A stretch of 64,000 nucleotides of DNA from Veillonella sp. (GCF_041333735.1 NZ_JBGKFB010000001.1:561376-625375), one strand, 5' to 3'; shown: positions 51,128-61,111, numbered from the stretch's first letter. The notes: a model not told the origin generated them from the letters alone. Numbers and translations: made by a program.

Positions 51128-52715
51128 GAGCGCCACCGTCCTTTCCTTGTACATCATCAACGCGTTGAATTGGTTGTTTATTTACTACCGTATTAGATTG
51201 ATTTGTTGTAGAGCTGCTTTCACCATGCACCTCTTTTTGGATAGCGTGAGCCATTTCAATTTGGTGCAGGCCCTTGATAGCAGACTCGATGCTAAGCCAA
51301 GGTTCATCGCTGTGGAAGCCCGCTTGTTCAAGTTCCATGTACGTAGTGAACACGGATGGCAACGCATCTACATGAATATTGTGTTCGTACATGTAGCGAA
51401 GCGTAGTCGGTACATCGTCGTCGCACGCAATAGAGCCATCTACCATGAGAGCCATGCGGTTTGCATACGGCAATACAGCGTGTAAGTCATGGTCGATAAC
51501 AACAACGGTAATACCGTGTTTTTTGTTCAAATCACCTACGAGGCGATATAATTCGGCAGTCCCATCTGGGTCGAGGGAGCTCGTTGGTTCATCAAGAACA
51601 AGAACAGTTGGGTTCGTAGCCAATACGGAAGCAATCGCCAAACGTTGGCGTTGACCACCGGACAAGCTTGTAATTTTGCGATCTTCTAAGCCGATAAGAC
51701 CAACTTGTGCAAACACCTCTTCAGAACGAGTTCTAATCGTTTCACGATCATAACCGCGGTTTTCCATAGCAAAGGCTACTTCTTCACGAACAGTCATCGT
51801 TACAAGTTGTGTATCGTAATCGGCAAGAACGACACCGATGTGATTAGCCAGTTCAGGAATTTCCATTTGCGTAGTCGCTTTGCCATCTACGAACACCATA
51901 CCTTCAAGGCGGCCACCGTAGAATTTAGGCACAGCCCCTACCATAGCCATGCAAAGAGTACTTTTACCACAACCAGCAGGCCCAGTCACAACGAGGAAGT
52001 CCCCATCATGTACATCAAGATTGATGTTTTCAAGGGACGGCGTAGTCGCCTTTGGATGGTAATAATTTACGTGCTCAATGGAAATCTTAGCTTGGCGCTC
52101 AGGCAAGATTGTCATATGACTATGGTCAGACGTCAATTGATCTGTGCTTGGCAACATGCCACGTTTAGAGAATAAACGTTGCGCCGGAATGTACAAGATT
52201 GGCGTAATGGCACCGTTCAAAGCACCTACGATAAGAACCATTGGCCACATACCGTATATGTACACATTGTCTGGCATACCCAATACTTTCCATAAGAGGG
52301 TAACGAAGATACCACCAGATACAACTGTGGCTAAGAAGCCAGATAGGATTGGCGTCAAATCAAAGCCACCGATTTTGCGGAACTTCACGGACAACATAGC
52401 ACGTGTCACGAGAGCGGCTGTCAATGCACCACCTGGTTCAGACAACAAGTTGCCGTACGGGAATGCTGACTTAGACGTCAATACGTTAATGAGGGCTGCC
52501 ACAAGGCCAATCCCCAAGGTTTGACTCAAACTAGGGCGAGTCAATAAAATAGCTACGCAGTACGTAGCAATTGTCCAGTTTGGCGTTACCCCAGCCACAC
52601 TAGGGCTCACCAAATGCAATATCGTGCCCAATGCGAGCATCAATGTGCTGACAGTAACCCATCTAAACTGGCCACCCTGCACATGCGTGTACACAAGATC
52701 TTGAATCCGTTCCAT
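51120..52715 (-). CDS. Fused ECF S-component + ATPase
   Basis: About 180-aa hydrophobic N-domain (PNWTIATY, FPYGNLLSE) followed by GPAGCGKS, LSGGQ, LDEPT. Confidence 0.88.
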   Translation of the reverse strand: MERIQDLVYTHVQGGQFRWVTVSTLMLALGTILHLVSPSVAGVTPNWTIATYCVAILLTRPSLSQTLGIGLVAALINVLTSKSAFPYGNLLSEPGGALTAALVTRAMLSVKFRKIGGFDLTPILSGFLATVVSGGIFVTLLWKVLGMPDNVYIYGMWPMVLIVGALNGAITPILYIPAQRLFSKRGMLPSTDQLTSDHSHMTILPERQAKISIEHVNYYHPKATTPSLENINLDVHDGDFLVVTGPAGCGKSTLCMAMVGAVPKFYGGRLEGMVFVDGKATTQMEIPELANHIGVVLADYDTQLVTMTVREEVAFAMENRGYDRETIRTRSEEVFAQVGLIGLEDRKITSLSGGQRQRLAIASVLATNPTVLVLDEPTSSLDPDGTAELYRLVGDLNKKHGITVVVIDHDLHAVLPYANRMALMVDGSIACDDDVPTTLRYMYEHNIHVDALPSVFTTYMELEQAGFHSDEPWLSIESAIKGLHQIEMAHAIQKEVHGESSSTTNQSNTVVNKQPIQRVDDVQGKDGGAHA

Positions 52716-52791
52716 AATAGCCTCTTTTCTAAAAATGAATATATAGTGTTTATTGTAACATTTATATGGGTATTGTGAAAGTTTAGAGCAT

Positions 52792-52814
52792 AAAAAAGCG
52801 CCCCTGAGGGCGCC
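52792..52814 (-). terminator. Intrinsic terminator downstream of the abi locus
   Basis: GCGCCC-TCAG-GGGCGC-TTTTTT. Confidence 0.85.
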
Positions 52815-52819
52815 TATAT

Positions 52820-52884
52820 AAAAAATAAAGCAACACCGAATTAACGATGCTGCCGCTTGAAACCAAAAATGGTTTTTCTATGTA
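52820..52884 (-). ncRNA. Candidate abiF-associated small RNA (putative antitoxin)
   Basis: Promoter at 52890-52918; hairpins AAACCA-TTTT-TGGTTT and GCAGCATCG-TTAATT-CGGTGTTGC followed by a U-rich tract. Confidence 0.6.
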
Positions 52885-52889
52885 CCTAA

Positions 52890-52918
52890 ATATTACATTA
52901 TGTGAAACCATGTGTCAA
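52890..52918 (-). promoter_or_regulatory. Sigma-A promoter embedded in the 3' end of the abi gene
   Basis: TTGACA (52913-52918)-N17-TAATAT (52890-52895). Confidence 0.7.
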
Positions 52919-53828
52919 TAGCTCTAATAAGCACATCAAATGTAGCTTTTATATTATCATGTAATCTATAATCATTATCTCGGAAAAAGCGTTGCTTAAG
53001 TTCATCTAATTCACTACATATATGGTTATGAACACCAGTACTAATACATATTCTCTGATGAGCATACATCGTAGTTAAGATTTGATAAGTAGAAATATGT
53101 CTCAAATGTCTACGTCTGCTTGATGGCGATTTTATAAATTTAGCACATTCTCTTGATAAATCAGCATTAATGCTTTTATTATGTGTAGAGTTTATATCAT
53201 TAATAATACAATTATTATGAGCACATGCATTTCGTAAACTTTTAACGGTATACATTAAGTATAATCGTTCTGTAATCTCAGTATTTTGCAATAAGTCTGC
53301 ACAGTATTTGTAGAAGTATAAATACTGTCCAAAAGAAATCATTTCTAGAAAAGCCCATACAGGACAACGTTTATTTTCATCATCAATATATTTAGCGTAT
53401 AAATTACCACAATATAAGCTACCACTATTTTTCCATAAGTCATGCTGTAATTGTTCAAAATTAGATTTCTCTAGCTGATTCATATAATCCTCAACTATAT
53501 CATATGGATCAATATTATTCTGCTGTAAGACAGATAATAAATGAACTTTTGAAAAATGCTCAATCCCAATAGCCATCTCTAACATGATTCGTCTTAATCT
53601 ATTATCAATACATGCTAAATCAATTAAATAGCTAAAATCTAGATTTACATATTTTCCAGATTTTGTAGATTTTAAAAAGTTCTTCCTGAAGGCTCTAAGT
53701 TTAAAATAGTTATTATTCTCTACTAAATATTGTTCTGTTTCTGCTTCAGTAATATTATTAAAAGTAATACCTTTAGATATACTATGCTCTACCTGTTCTC
53801 TTGGTGTTAAAAATGGACCATCTGACAT
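52893..53828 (-). CDS. Abi family (Abi_2, AbiD/AbiF-like) HEPN protein
   Basis: KGITF, NNNYFKL, YVNLDFSYLIDLACIDNRLR, PVWAFLEMISFG, HEPN LRNACAHNN; AT-rich; start set at MSDGP. Confidence 0.92.
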   Translation of the reverse strand: MSDGPFLTPREQVEHSISKGITFNNITEAETEQYLVENNNYFKLRAFRKNFLKSTKSGKYVNLDFSYLIDLACIDNRLRRIMLEMAIGIEHFSKVHLLSVLQQNNIDPYDIVEDYMNQLEKSNFEQLQHDLWKNSGSLYCGNLYAKYIDDENKRCPVWAFLEMISFGQYLYFYKYCADLLQNTEITERLYLMYTVKSLRNACAHNNCIINDINSTHNKSINADLSRECAKFIKSPSSRRRHLRHISTYQILTTMYAHQRICISTGVHNHICSELDELKQRFFRDNDYRLHDNIKATFDVLIRAIDTWFHIM

Positions 53829-54069
53829 ACAGTCGCTCCCTTCAAAACAACGATAACCATACACCAAACAAAAGCAAAATTTCTATATATAATTATATCA
53901 CTTTGTAGTTATGTCTGCCCTTATTTAAAATAAAAACGGTCTAATATCTCTAGGACATCAGACCATTTTTATTACCTACTTCTATATTAGTAAATTTATA
54001 AAATTAATAAGATCAAACTATTTTATTAGCTTATGATTCACCATGCAAAACTGCCATTGATACAGATTC

Positions 54070-54588
54070 CTAAGCCTTTTCTTCTCTGTTTGTTATAGCA
54101 TCCTCAGTTACTACTTCAGATACTTCTTCACTGTTCTCTTTAGTCACTTGTTTTTCCGTAACTTTTTCTTTAATTTCTTTTGCCGCATCAACAGATTTTT
54201 CTTTAACAGTTTCTTTAATGTCGAGGGCAACACCTGTAGTAATGGCTTTTACTTCTTTAGCTTTATGTTTTAACTCTTCCTTCTTTTCTTTAAGGGCTAC
54301 TTCAAGATCTTTCGCTGCTACCGCAGATTTAGCTTTCACTAATTCATTTACTTCATGAGCGGCCTCAGCAGATTTACCTTTTACGTCTTCTGCTTTTTCT
54401 TTTACGAGCACTTTAATTTCTTGTGCTGCATCAGCAGATTTACCTTTTACATCTTCTGCTTTTTCTTTCACTAGGACCTTAATATCTTGCGCCGCATCAG
54501 CAGTCATCTCTTTAACTACACCAGCTTTTTCTTTTACTACGCCTTTCACCTCTTTTACGGCATCGTTTAAATGATCTAGAAACTTCAT
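54070..54588 (-). CDS. Lys/Glu/Ala-rich protein with 22-aa repeats (LEA/apolipoprotein-like)
   Basis: About three KEKAEDVKGKSADAAQEIKVLV-type repeats. Confidence 0.8.
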   Translation of the reverse strand: MKFLDHLNDAVKEVKGVVKEKAGVVKEMTADAAQDIKVLVKEKAEDVKGKSADAAQEIKVLVKEKAEDVKGKSAEAAHEVNELVKAKSAVAAKDLEVALKEKKEELKHKAKEVKAITTGVALDIKETVKEKSVDAAKEIKEKVTEKQVTKENSEEVSEVVTEDAITNREEKA

Positions 54589-54910
54589 ATTAATTCCCTC
54601 CAATTAATTTTGTAATGAATATCTTCTCTCTTTCAATTGCAGATTAAATTTGAATAAAATCTAGCTTTTATATCATTAAATCATAATTTATATCAATTAT
54701 AAAGAATATCCATACATCTTCATGCTATCATTAAAATCATTTTATAAATCTACTATTTCTTAATATAAATATATAGTATTTGATTTAACATTCTTTGAGG
54801 ATTTGTGAGAGACTAGATGCTATCAATAGCCATTATGTTTATCATATGATAAAAAGCACCATCTATTAACGATAGTGCTTTTGGTGCATAGTTAATTTGA
54901 TTATTCATTA

Positions 54911-55069
54911 TTAAATCCCCAATTCACTCTTTAGTTGATCTGCTGAAATCCAGCCTTGTTCTTCACCAGATTTACGACCCGCCTCTAAAGTGCCCATAAG
55001 TTTTATCGTAGCCATTACACGTTCATAATCTTGAATATCCATAATTACATCTCTTTCTTTACTATTTCT
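54911..55069 (-). pseudogene. C-terminal remnant of a Phd/YefM-like antitoxin
   Basis: Manual translation NSKERDVIMDIQDYERVMATIKLMGTLEAGRKSGEEQGWISADQLKSELGI*; upstream in-frame stop. Confidence 0.65.
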
Positions 55070-55386
55070 CCCAAAACATTTGAAGCCATATCGTTAATGA
55101 TTGCATTCGCAACATTAGTCATTCTTATTGTAAAATAAGAATGACCTAACACCCCAAATTGGACGTTAGGCCATTTCTCATTTTCTTATTTCCCAGGAGA
55201 TGAGCCTAACGCATTCCAGAACGTTAATTGGCTCTTCTTGTTTTGTATTATACCACATCTAATAATATATTACAGCTTAGAAAACTAACTTTTACTATCA
55301 TAATTAAATTTCTATTCTCACTTTCTCGTCATATAGTTGTGATATAATGCGTATAAATACTTATGCCTAGGACATAGGAGGTCTAT

Positions 55387-56043
55387 ATGTACAAATATAT
55401 TACAATTTTAGGGGCCGCTGGCCAAATTGCACAAAAGTTGACTGCTACATTATTAACATATACAGATATGCACCTTACATTATATGGTCGCCAATTGAGT
55501 ACTCGTTTACACCCAGAGATTTTAGAGCATGAACGCGTTACTGTTATCGAGGGTTCCTTCCAAAATCCTGCAAAACTAGAACAAGCTGTAACAAATGCAG
55601 AGATTGTATTTGTAGGTGCTATGGAGTCTGGTAGCGATATGGCGGCTATTGTGAAAGCATTGAGCCGTAAAAACGTACGCCGTGTTATCGGTCTTTCTAT
55701 GGCTGGTCTTTCTGGTGAATTCCCTGCAGCACTTGAAAAATGGACCTTCGACAGCTTGCCTATCAGCTATGTCCAAGGCGAACGTCAAGCACGCAATGTG
55801 TTGCGCGAATCCAATTTAAACTACACAATCTTACGCCTTACATGGCTTTACAATGATCCAGAAAATACAAATTATGAACTCATCCCTGAAGGCGTTCAAT
55901 TTAACGATGCCCAAGTTACACGGGAAGCTGTAGTAAAAGCCATCTTCGACATCTTACATGTAGATGACGAAACACCATTCCATCGTGCAAGCATCGGTAT
56001 TGGCGAACCAGGCACACACTACGACAAACCAAGCTTTCACTAA
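55387..56043 (+). CDS. NAD(P)H-binding Rossmann protein (atypical SDR)
   Basis: ILGAAGQIA, LNYTILRLTWL. Confidence 0.88.
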   Translation: MYKYITILGAAGQIAQKLTATLLTYTDMHLTLYGRQLSTRLHPEILEHERVTVIEGSFQNPAKLEQAVTNAEIVFVGAMESGSDMAAIVKALSRKNVRRVIGLSMAGLSGEFPAALEKWTFDSLPISYVQGERQARNVLRESNLNYTILRLTWLYNDPENTNYELIPEGVQFNDAQVTREAVVKAIFDILHVDDETPFHRASIGIGEPGTHYDKPSFH

Positions 56044-56365
56044 TATATAACTATATTAATTCTTAAATAATAAGGTATATCCAAAATCTAATCGGTACAT
56101 TTTTACTCATGTAATATAGATTTTGGGTATACCTTTTCTTATGCCCATATTTTATAGTTATTTATATAGATAAAGTTGCTTATTTACGCTATACTAATAA
56201 ATGATTAAGTTATACTAATAGATATGTGAAAGTAGCCGTCTCTACGGTTATCGATTACATTTATATATACATTTTGCTGTATAAAACGTCTGTTACTCTA
56301 TGTATAAAAATTAATGATATCCATTTTTAGTCCCACTTTGGGCTAAGGCTTATTAAGGAGTTATT

Positions 56366-57253
56366 ATGAATCGCATTGTTGTTATTGGTAGTTGCAACAT
56401 GGATATTGTAGTGCTCGCCGATAAACGTCCGGCGGCAGGCGAAACAATCATGGGCAACGAATTGCATATCGCACATGGCGGTAAAGGTGCAAACCAGGCG
56501 GTAGCTGCCGCCCGTCTCGGTGCAGAGGTTACTATGGTTGGTTGCATCGGCGAAGATGCATACGGCCAAATGATTATGGATAACCTAAAGGAAAATCATA
56601 TCAATACAGACTACATCGTTACTGTGCCGAATACTACAACAGGTACAGCCCACATCACATTGGCTGAAGGCGATAATAGCATCATCGTGATTGCAGGCGC
56701 TAATGCCAAGGTCAACAAAAGCGTAGTAGATAACACTTGGTCTGCTATCGAGCAAGCGGATCTCGTAATGGTGCAAAACGAAATTCCTATTCCCACAATC
56801 GAATACATCGTTCGTCGTTGCCACGAGGCTAATGTGAAAGTCCTCTTAAATCCAGCTCCAGCGGCTGACCTCAATCCTGAGTGGTTAGAATTGGCAACCT
56901 ATATTACGCCAAATGAGCACGAGCTATCTGCCCTCTACCCTAACCAATCTACAGAGGAAACATTACTAGCGAACGAAAACAAAATCATCGTTACCCTTGG
57001 TAGCAAGGGTGTAGGCTACGCCGACAACGGTGAAATCCACACTGTATCTGGCTTCAAGGTTGAACCGGTAGATACTACTGGCGCAGGCGATACCTTCAAC
57101 GGTGCCTTTGCAACAGCTATCGTTAATGGTAAAAGCTTAGCCGATGCATTGCACTACGGTAACGCGGCCGCAGCCCTCTCCATCCAACGATTAGGTGCCC
57201 AAGGCGGCATGCCTACAAAGGACGAGGTCGCTGCATTCTTAGCGGAAAATTAA
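56366..57253 (+). CDS. rbsK: Ribokinase
   Basis: GGKGANQAVAAARLG, PNEHE, DTTGAGDTF. Confidence 0.97.
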   Translation: MNRIVVIGSCNMDIVVLADKRPAAGETIMGNELHIAHGGKGANQAVAAARLGAEVTMVGCIGEDAYGQMIMDNLKENHINTDYIVTVPNTTTGTAHITLAEGDNSIIVIAGANAKVNKSVVDNTWSAIEQADLVMVQNEIPIPTIEYIVRRCHEANVKVLLNPAPAADLNPEWLELATYITPNEHELSALYPNQSTEETLLANENKIIVTLGSKGVGYADNGEIHTVSGFKVEPVDTTGAGDTFNGAFATAIVNGKSLADALHYGNAAAALSIQRLGAQGGMPTKDEVAAFLAEN

Positions 57254-57280
57254 CCTATTGAATAGAAAAAGGAGTTTACC

Positions 57281-57694
57281 ATGCAACGACACGGCATTTT
57301 AAATAGTCATATCGCTAAGGTGCTTGCAGATCTTGGTCACACAGATACAATTTGTATCTCAGACTGTGGATTACCAGTACCTGAAGGGGTTCAAAAAATT
57401 GACTTAGCCTTAGATTTTGGCGTACCAAGCTTCGAGCAAGTAGTATCCATCATCGCTAAGCATATGAAATCCGAAGCAGTTCATGTGGCAGGAGAAATTA
57501 AAGAAAATAATCCTAAGGCTTACGACTTCTTGGAGTCTACCTTCCCATCCGATCAATACGAATGGATTGAAACAAGCCATGAAGCTTTCAAAGAAGCCAC
57601 AAAACAATGCAAATGCATCATTCGAACTGGTGAAGCATCTCCATATGCAAATATTATCTTACGTGCCGATTGCATCTTTAGCGACCGTCCGTAA
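57281..57694 (+). CDS. rbsD: D-ribose pyranase
   Basis: LGHTD, DCGLPVP, IDLAL, HEAFK, RTGEASPYAN. Confidence 0.97.
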   Translation: MQRHGILNSHIAKVLADLGHTDTICISDCGLPVPEGVQKIDLALDFGVPSFEQVVSIIAKHMKSEAVHVAGEIKENNPKAYDFLESTFPSDQYEWIETSHEAFKEATKQCKCIIRTGEASPYANIILRADCIFSDRP

Positions 57695-57759
57695 GACAAG
57701 CGCATATGAAACGTAACGCATAAGTAAACGATACTTTCACCAGTCATATAGGAGTAGTT

Positions 57760-59241
57760 ATGGAAATTGTTATGTCAGGCATTGCGAAGGCATTTGGTAC
57801 AAACCAAGTTCTGCGCGATGTAAGTATTACCCTCAAGGAGGGCGAGGTTCACGCCTTGATGGGCGAAAATGGGGCCGGCAAGTCCACGCTCATGAATATC
57901 CTCACCGGTATTCACAAGGCGGACGCTGGTACCATCACCATTAACGGCGTAGAGCGCACCTTCCCGAACCCGAGAGAGGCCGAGCTAAACGGCGTGGCGT
58001 TCATCCACCAAGAGCTCAACATTTGGCCAAATCTAACATTGTTAGAAAATCTATATTTAATGAGACCCAAGCGCAATAAATTCGGTATGCTCGATAAAAA
58101 AGCGATGCTCGCTGAGGCGGAAAATACATGCCGAGAACTAGGCATCGAGTTGCCACTCACAACGGAAGCAGGCCTTTGCTCCGTCGGTCACCAACAGATG
58201 ACAGAAATCCTTCGTATCTTGATGTTAGATGCCAAGGTTGTCATCATGGACGAACCGACAGCAGCCCTCACAGAGCGTGAAACGGCGACATTGTTCAAAA
58301 TGATGCGCAAAATGAAAGCCCGCGGCGTGGCTATCGTATATATCTCTCACCGTATGGAAGAGGTATTTAGTGAATGCGATACCATCACGGTTATGCGTGA
58401 TGGTCACACCATCATTACAAAACCAACAGCTGAGATTTCTGTAGACGAAGTGGTACGCCACATGGTAGGTCGTTCTATTGACGAGTTCTACCCTGCTCGT
58501 ACTACTACACCAGGCGAAGTTGTGATGAGCGTCGATAACCTTAAACCAGAAGGTTTCGACAACGAAATCTCCTTCTCCTTGCGCAAAGGCGAAATCCTCG
58601 GCGTAGCAGGTCTTATGGGCGCTGGCCGTACAGAAATCATGCGCGCTATCTTTGGTGTAGATAAACACAATGGCGGTACCGTAACAGTTAACGGCTCCGT
58701 TCTGAACTGTAAAAAACCAGAAGATGCCATCAAAGCTGGCATTGCTTTCATCACAGAAAATAGAAAGAGCGAAGGCTTGATCCTCGATTTTTCCATCGGT
58801 TCCAATATTACATTGCCGAACCTTAGCGAAATTTGTCCATCTCATGTACTTGATAGTGGCAAGCTCAATTCCTTTGCTGACGAATTGTCTAAAAAACTAG
58901 GCGTTAAAACACAATCTATTCACGAACCGGCGTCCTCCCTATCTGGTGGTAACCAACAAAAGGTAGTTATCGCTAAATGGGTTGGTAAAAAGCCATCCAT
59001 TATCATCATGGACGAACCGACGCGAGGTATCGATATCGGCGCAAAACGTGATATTTATGATTTAATGAACGAATTAACGAACGATGGTGTGTCCATTATC
59101 ATGGTGTCCTCTGAGTTACCTGAAGTGCTAGGCATGAGCGACCGCGTTATGGTCATTCATGAAGGTCGCGTAGCAGGTATCTTGGACCGCTGCGATGCAA
59201 CACCAGAATCGATTATGACATTAGCCACAGGAGGACAATAA
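57760..59241 (+). CDS. rbsA: Ribose ABC transporter ATPase
   Basis: GENGAGKS, two ABC halves, LSGGNQQK. Confidence 0.95.
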   Translation: MEIVMSGIAKAFGTNQVLRDVSITLKEGEVHALMGENGAGKSTLMNILTGIHKADAGTITINGVERTFPNPREAELNGVAFIHQELNIWPNLTLLENLYLMRPKRNKFGMLDKKAMLAEAENTCRELGIELPLTTEAGLCSVGHQQMTEILRILMLDAKVVIMDEPTAALTERETATLFKMMRKMKARGVAIVYISHRMEEVFSECDTITVMRDGHTIITKPTAEISVDEVVRHMVGRSIDEFYPARTTTPGEVVMSVDNLKPEGFDNEISFSLRKGEILGVAGLMGAGRTEIMRAIFGVDKHNGGTVTVNGSVLNCKKPEDAIKAGIAFITENRKSEGLILDFSIGSNITLPNLSEICPSHVLDSGKLNSFADELSKKLGVKTQSIHEPASSLSGGNQQKVVIAKWVGKKPSIIIMDEPTRGIDIGAKRDIYDLMNELTNDGVSIIMVSSELPEVLGMSDRVMVIHEGRVAGILDRCDATPESIMTLATGGQ

Positions 59242-60176
59242 TGGACAGCAAAGCGCTACAATATGTAAAAAAATTAGGCCCCCTCATCGGCCTCATCCTA
59301 TTATTTGTAATTATCTCTGTCATGAACGACAGTTTCCTTGAATTCTCTAACTTGCGTAACTTATTGCGTCAAGTATCCATCAATGCGATCATCGCCTTTG
59401 GTATGACCTTCGTCATCTTAACAGGTGGTATCGACTTATCCGTTGGTTCCATCCTCGCCCTCTCTAGTGCAGTGATGGCCAACCTCATCGTAACTGGTAC
59501 TGACCCTGTATTGGCTATCGTATTAGCAGCCGGTGCAGGCCTTGTATTGGGCGGTATTAACGGTCTCGTTATTACCTATGGCCGCGTAGCTCCATTTATC
59601 GCTACCTTGGCGACCATGACCATCTACCGTGGTGCGACGCTAGTATTCACAGACGGTAACCCAATCTCCGGTCTTACACAAGACCCTCTATTCCACGGCT
59701 TTGGCCAAGGGGATATTGCAGGCCTTCCAGTTCCAGCCATTACAATGTTCCTCGCTTTCATCATCCTCTGGTTTGTATTGAGCCGCACATCCTTAGGCCG
59801 TAAAACATATGCCGTAGGTGGTAGTGAAAAGGTAAGTTACATTGCTGGTATCAAGATTGACCGCGTTAAAATCTTCGTGTATGCCTTGACTGGTATGCTC
59901 TGTGGTATCGCTGGTGCAATCATCACTTCTCGTCTTAACTCTGCACAACCTACAGCAGGTACAGGCTACGAACTTGACGCTATCGCGGCGGTAGTTCTTG
60001 GCGGTACAAGCCTTGCTGGTGGTCGTGGTCATATCGTTGGCACATTAATTGGTGCCCTAATTATCGGTACCCTCAACAATGGGTTAAATATTCTCGACGT
60101 TTCCAGTTTCTATCAACAAGTTGTAAAAGGTATTGTTATTTTACTGGCTGTTCTTGCAGACCGTAAGAAAGCCTAG
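59241..60176 (+). CDS. rbsC: Ribose ABC transporter permease
   Basis: GGIDLSVG, YELDAIAAVVLGG. Confidence 0.95.
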   Translation: MDSKALQYVKKLGPLIGLILLFVIISVMNDSFLEFSNLRNLLRQVSINAIIAFGMTFVILTGGIDLSVGSILALSSAVMANLIVTGTDPVLAIVLAAGAGLVLGGINGLVITYGRVAPFIATLATMTIYRGATLVFTDGNPISGLTQDPLFHGFGQGDIAGLPVPAITMFLAFIILWFVLSRTSLGRKTYAVGGSEKVSYIAGIKIDRVKIFVYALTGMLCGIAGAIITSRLNSAQPTAGTGYELDAIAAVVLGGTSLAGGRGHIVGTLIGALIIGTLNNGLNILDVSSFYQQVVKGIVILLAVLADRKKA

Positions 60177-60185
60177 GAGGTTCCT

Positions 60186-61088
60186 ATGAAAAAACTATTG
60201 TTACTGTTGGCGATGGCCGTTATGGTTATCGGTCTTGTAGCAGGCTGTGGTAAAAGTGCTGATAACGGCGGCGACAAAAAATCCGGCACTATCGGCTTCT
60301 CTGTTTCCACATTGAACAACCCATTCTTCGTAACTATGAAGGAAGGCGTTGAGGCTCAAGCTAAAGCGCTTGGTCTTAAAGTTAAAATCGTTGATGCTCA
60401 AAACGACCCTGCAAAACAAGCAAACGATATTTCTGACTTGCTTGAAAGCGGCGTTTCTGTATTGATCATCAACCCTGTAGACTCTGCAGCTATCTCTACT
60501 TCCGTAGAAGCAGCAAATGCTAAAAACATTCCTGTAATCACTGTTGACCGTTCTGCTGACAAAGGCAAAGTAGTTGCTCACATCGCTTCCGATAACGTAA
60601 AAGGCGGCGAAATGGCTGCACAACTTATCGTTGACAAAGTAGGCAAAGCTGCAAAAGTTGCAGAAATCGAAGGTATCCCTGGTGCTTCCGCTACACGTGA
60701 ACGTGGCCAAGGTTTCCACAACGTAGCTGACAAAGACTTAACAGTAGTAGCAAAACAAAGTGCTGACTTCGACCGCACAAAAGGGTTGAACGTAGCAACA
60801 AATATCTTGCAAGCTAACCCTGATGTACAAGCTATCTTCGCTCATAACGACGAAATGGCATTGGGCGCTATCCAAGCAGCTAAATCCGCAGGCAAAACAA
60901 TCTTCATCGTAGGCTTTGACGGTACTGCTGATGCAGACAAAGCTGTTAAAGACGGCACATTGGCTGCAACAATTGCTCAACAACCAGACCAAATGGGTAA
61001 AATCGCTATTGATACAGCTCAAAAAGTTATCAAAGGCGAAGCTGTAGAAGCTAAAATCCCTGTAGATCTTAAAGTTGTTACAAAATAA
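60186..61088 (+). CDS. rbsB: Ribose ABC transporter substrate-binding lipoprotein
   Basis: Lipobox VAGC, STLNNPFF, ASDN, NDEMA. Confidence 0.95.
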   Translation: MKKLLLLLAMAVMVIGLVAGCGKSADNGGDKKSGTIGFSVSTLNNPFFVTMKEGVEAQAKALGLKVKIVDAQNDPAKQANDISDLLESGVSVLIINPVDSAAISTSVEAANAKNIPVITVDRSADKGKVVAHIASDNVKGGEMAAQLIVDKVGKAAKVAEIEGIPGASATRERGQGFHNVADKDLTVVAKQSADFDRTKGLNVATNILQANPDVQAIFAHNDEMALGAIQAAKSAGKTIFIVGFDGTADADKAVKDGTLAATIAQQPDQMGKIAIDTAQKVIKGEAVEAKIPVDLKVVTK

Positions 61089-61111
61089 TTGTATATAGAA
61101 ACTGGGTACAG

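Noticed and set aside
57700..57740. LacI/cre-like site between rbsD and rbsA
   Set aside because: Weak, asymmetric match (TGAAACGTAACGCA) and no regulator nearby
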